Assembly (NCBI GenBank): GCA_030587475.2
Contig: JAUQYZ020000229.1
Span: forward strand, 1 to 56,437
Direction of reading: 5' to 3'
Source of the DNA: Candidatus Sigynarchaeum calidifontis
Lineage (GTDB): Archaea > Asgardarchaeota > Lokiarchaeia > Sigyniarchaeales > Sigyniarchaeaceae
Length of the DNA: 56,437 nt
Part shown: positions 53,313-56,437 of the stretch, piece by piece
Layout: each line of letters begins with the position of its first letter
Numbering within the stretch: position 1 is the stretch's first letter
Notes under the pieces: generated by a model
The model's input: only the letters and a program-made list of their open reading frames with translations
Told to the model about the DNA's origin: nothing
The model's database searches: none
Made by a program: the position numbers and the translations under genes

Positions 53313-56258
53313 ATGGCGCGTTCATGGACGAGCTCGGCATCTTGCAAGCTTGAGTTGAAACGAGTGCCAGCGATAGCCACGGCGGTTCTCGTCTTGTCTC
53401 AAGAGATCGTGTTGGTCGGGACGACTGCGCTTCTCGATGAATGGATTTACTCGTGGGAAACAATCATTCTTGGTTTGGCATGTCTATCGTTGATCGCTGG
53501 CATATTCCTTGGAATCCAGTTCGGCTCGAGTGGTACTGGAAGAAATGGCTCGTGGGTATTCCTCGTTATCCTGAACGTGTTTGCTGCCTGGAGACTGGTC
53601 GTTACTATGAACATGTACGGCGGGCCAGGGTATTACGACCCGATCCTGTCCATGGTCAATTACTTCTCGACCCCGGTCTCGGGTTTCATTGCTAGCTTTT
53701 ACCTTGCAGCTTCGGCTCGCGCGTGCATCACCAGGTCGACTGGCGTGCCCATCAACGGCCCTTGCAGCCCTGGTATTGATGCCAACAGCAACGGTAAAGC
53801 CATTTATCGCTGCATCATGACCGGCGCCAGTTTCCCGGCGGGTGTTGTTGTTTCGGGGTTCGTGTCCCTCCTCCACCAGCACGTCGCCCTCTATTTCGGG
53901 ATAACCGGGCTGCTCGGGCTGGTCGCCATCCTTCCCTTTACCGTGGGTGAAAAAGGTGGCCCGGTTAAACCATCACTTGCGAACGAAAGCGGCGTTATGC
54001 GGAACGATACCACGGGACGGCAGATCGGAGAAGGATTTAGCAATCTTGTTTGTAAAAATGGAGCCATGTGCACGATAATGCTGGGAAACCTGCTCTTCGG
54101 AATGTATTTCTGGAAGGAAATCCAAGCGAACGGCATTCAGATCTCCACGGGGCTCGTGTTCCCGGCTTACCTTCTTCTCGCGTCCCTGGGTTCCTTGATG
54201 GGTGCTATCGTGGCTGCAGGAACGAGAGGTGTTGCGATCACGCGTCTCTGCCTCGTCGTCTCGATGGCGATTCTCACGTGGCTTCTAGCAGCTTGCACGT
54301 CAAGCGGGGACACGGCGGTGCTGCAGGCCGGTTTTGTTACCTCGGGACTCGCGTCCGGGTTTGCTTTTCACGTGATCTGGCGGGTCTTGGGGTGTTACCG
54401 GGTAAAAAAAGGCCATGAGAAGAGAGTGGCAACGATCGCCGGGCGTTTGGTCATGGCATTCGGGCTAGTTATCAGCCAGCTCGGCTTCGTGCTCGCCTTC
54501 GCGTTCAACTCGGGGGCTGTCACGAGCGACGTGCTACTCGTGGTAGCCGGATTTGTGCTCGTCTTCGGGCTGCTCGGCGCGATACCGATGCGAGACGTGG
54601 CATCCACGCTCGCGCGTCGTGCTTTCCATCCGCGTGCACGTGGGATGGTCGCCGCGTGTGTTTTCGTTGCCTTGACAATTTCAAGCATTTCATGCGGGAA
54701 CATGGCAAACCATGTCAATCATCGTTCATTGCAAGATTGCGCGAGCGCGGGAGCCGGCACGATTCACGGTTCGGACCCGCCGGGAGATGACGTGTACTCG
54801 TACAATTCGACATGGTTCCGCTCGCCGTTCGGCTCGTGCGTTCACAACGAGATCACGGCGGGCGTGATCGAGGACCAAAAGGCGGCCTTTTTCGGCTGGT
54901 GGCGGATAGATTGGCGCTGGGACTCGTTTCAGAAGACCGGCAACACGGACTGGCATTTCGAGGAATTCGACGCGCGGGTTCAATGGTTCAACGACAACGA
55001 CATATACATGATCCCGTTGCTGTCCTACGTGCCGTCGTGGGCATGCAACAACACGGGGATGTACTGCGACGCGCTGCTCGAAGACTGGAAAAACTTCGTC
55101 CGCACGGTGGTGAGCCGGTACGCGGGTAACAAGTCCATACCTTGCTGGGAGATCTGGAACGAGCCCAACATCAACAGCGAGATATACTCGGATCCCTTGA
55201 TATACTCGATATTGCTCGCAACAGCGGCCGAGATCATCCGCGAGGTGGACCCGAAGAGCTTGATCCTGGCGGGGGGCACGTCATCGATGAACCTGGGAAA
55301 CTTGGGCTGGTACGAGAAGATCTTCGAGCTGAATGCCAGCGGGCCAGCTGCCGTCCGCGGCAAGATCGTGTTCGACGTCATCAATCTCCACCTGTATCAA
55401 GAAACCTATCGCGGCGCGATCTACGAGATCATGGCCATTCGGGACCTGGCGAGGTCGCGCGGGTTTGCCGTCCACCCCGGCGGGAGGGGCGCGATCTGGA
55501 TAACCGAAACGGGCAAGCCTACCCGCCAGCAGAACTGGCCCGCCGATCACGAGCACCAGGCAGAATTCTTGTCAAAGGTCGCCATCGGATCAAGGTACGC
55601 CGGCATCGCGCGGATCTTTTACTACGTGTGGTACGGGGAGGAATACTTCGGGATCTTGCATTCCGAGCACAAAGGCAAGCCAGCATACTACATGCTGCAA
55701 TTGATCCATTCCCTCACGTTCGACTCCATTCCAGTTCCCGTTGATTCGATGCCCGCCGCCACGAGGGAGGCAATGGTGCTGGAGCCAGAACACGATGTGC
55801 CCGTGACGGTTCGCGTCGAGGGTTTCAACCTCGCGATGAACCCGAACGTTCACGTGTTCCCGTTTTACCGGAACACGTCGGCATGGCAAGAGGTCATTCT
55901 CGCGTGCTGGACCGACCAAACAGCCCTACAAGGGACAGGATTCCGCGTGGCCAGCAGTACCCCCGCTGCAGCAGGGATGATCTATCACCACCCGGCCCGC
56001 GTGGTCACGTGGCCGCCTGCAGGGGACTCGTGGCTCGTGCCCGCATGCAACGAGACGATCGGCGAGCCGGGCGCGTGGATCGCGCTGGACTCGACGATGC
56101 CACGGCTGTATAGCGTGAGATTCCCGCACGGGATCGAGATACGTGTAACGATAGAAGTGACCCCGCCCGTGGCAATCTTGTTACTGCTCGTGCTCGGTAT
56201 TATCATCATCGGCGTTGCTGACATCATGATTACCTTGCGCAAACGCCGGTGTTCATAA
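53313..56258 (+). CDS. Polytopic membrane domain fused to a GH39/GH5-like (clan GH-A) catalytic domain and a C-terminal TM
   Basis: About 12-13 hydrophobic segments, then RIDWRW, WEIWNEPN (acid/base), NLHLY, WITETG (nucleophile), FYY.W, FGIL, and a terminal TM plus basic tail. Confidence 0.82.
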   Translation: MARSWTSSASCKLELKRVPAIATAVLVLSQEIVLVGTTALLDEWIYSWETIILGLACLSLIAGIFLGIQFGSSGTGRNGSWVFLVILNVFAAWRLVVTMNMYGGPGYYDPILSMVNYFSTPVSGFIASFYLAASARACITRSTGVPINGPCSPGIDANSNGKAIYRCIMTGASFPAGVVVSGFVSLLHQHVALYFGITGLLGLVAILPFTVGEKGGPVKPSLANESGVMRNDTTGRQIGEGFSNLVCKNGAMCTIMLGNLLFGMYFWKEIQANGIQISTGLVFPAYLLLASLGSLMGAIVAAGTRGVAITRLCLVVSMAILTWLLAACTSSGDTAVLQAGFVTSGLASGFAFHVIWRVLGCYRVKKGHEKRVATIAGRLVMAFGLVISQLGFVLAFAFNSGAVTSDVLLVVAGFVLVFGLLGAIPMRDVASTLARRAFHPRARGMVAACVFVALTISSISCGNMANHVNHRSLQDCASAGAGTIHGSDPPGDDVYSYNSTWFRSPFGSCVHNEITAGVIEDQKAAFFGWWRIDWRWDSFQKTGNTDWHFEEFDARVQWFNDNDIYMIPLLSYVPSWACNNTGMYCDALLEDWKNFVRTVVSRYAGNKSIPCWEIWNEPNINSEIYSDPLIYSILLATAAEIIREVDPKSLILAGGTSSMNLGNLGWYEKIFELNASGPAAVRGKIVFDVINLHLYQETYRGAIYEIMAIRDLARSRGFAVHPGGRGAIWITETGKPTRQQNWPADHEHQAEFLSKVAIGSRYAGIARIFYYVWYGEEYFGILHSEHKGKPAYYMLQLIHSLTFDSIPVPVDSMPAATREAMVLEPEHDVPVTVRVEGFNLAMNPNVHVFPFYRNTSAWQEVILACWTDQTALQGTGFRVASSTPAAAGMIYHHPARVVTWPPAGDSWLVPACNETIGEPGAWIALDSTMPRLYSVRFPHGIEIRVTIEVTPPVAILLLLVLGIIIIGVADIMITLRKRRCS

Positions 56259-56437
56259 ATGAACGGGCGGATATTACAGATTGACCTATCTCCGCATCTT
56301 CGCTTGAGACGATACGTTTCGTGAACTCATTCATTTCGCTTGGATGCATAGCGTGCCCGTGTTAATTCATCGAAGGCCTTGTCTGCACGCGCAAATGCGG
56401 TGCCATTCACGGCACGACGCTGCCCGCGATGACGTCG

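Noticed and set aside
1-56437. CRISPR arrays, rRNA/tRNA genes, transposases or integrases, selenocysteine/pyrrolysine read-through
   Set aside because: None seen by eye, and the recognisable genes end at family-appropriate positions. Dedicated tools were not run, so short RNAs could have been missed.

Overview
A 56.4 kb, mostly GC-rich, gene-dense chromosomal segment of an archaeon, very probably Asgard (Lokiarchaeia-like). This is inferred from archaeal Pus10, HEPN-MNT and RHH genes together with an actin-family gene, a small GTPase and a PCI-like winged-helix protein. Housekeeping and metabolic content: pus10 (partial), hypA, Mut7-C RNase, queD-queC-PRTase, dapB, Ser/Thr dehydratase, AlaX, a sulfate-activation operon (RHH-sat-AlkP/NPP-cysC-hydrolase-nitrilase), an ArsB/NhaD-like permease, USP, a P-type IIA ATPase, two glycoside hydrolases, Uma2 and a HEPN-MNT pair. 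No rRNA, tRNA, CRISPR array or transposase was recognised. Best candidates for undescribed biology: (1) an N-terminally truncated actin with degenerate nucleotide-binding motifs, tightly linked to a signal-peptide-less alpha-2-macroglobulin with an intact GCVEQ thioester and a ~300 aa bait insert; (2) an unannotated dual-guide C/D-box sRNA whose guides fit the 23S peptidyl-transferase centre in the registers of eukaryotic snR38/SNORD1 and U49/SNORD49; (3) a radical SAM / Cys-rich protein / tandem-duplicated NPNCS-motif protein operon; (4) a B12 enzyme / AsnB-like (internally deleted) / degenerate CofD-PCI / opine dehydrogenase / CofD-like cluster with a structured 5' leader; (5) two genes whose conserved N-termini begin at ACG or ATT. 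All family calls come from motif recognition by eye, not database searches.
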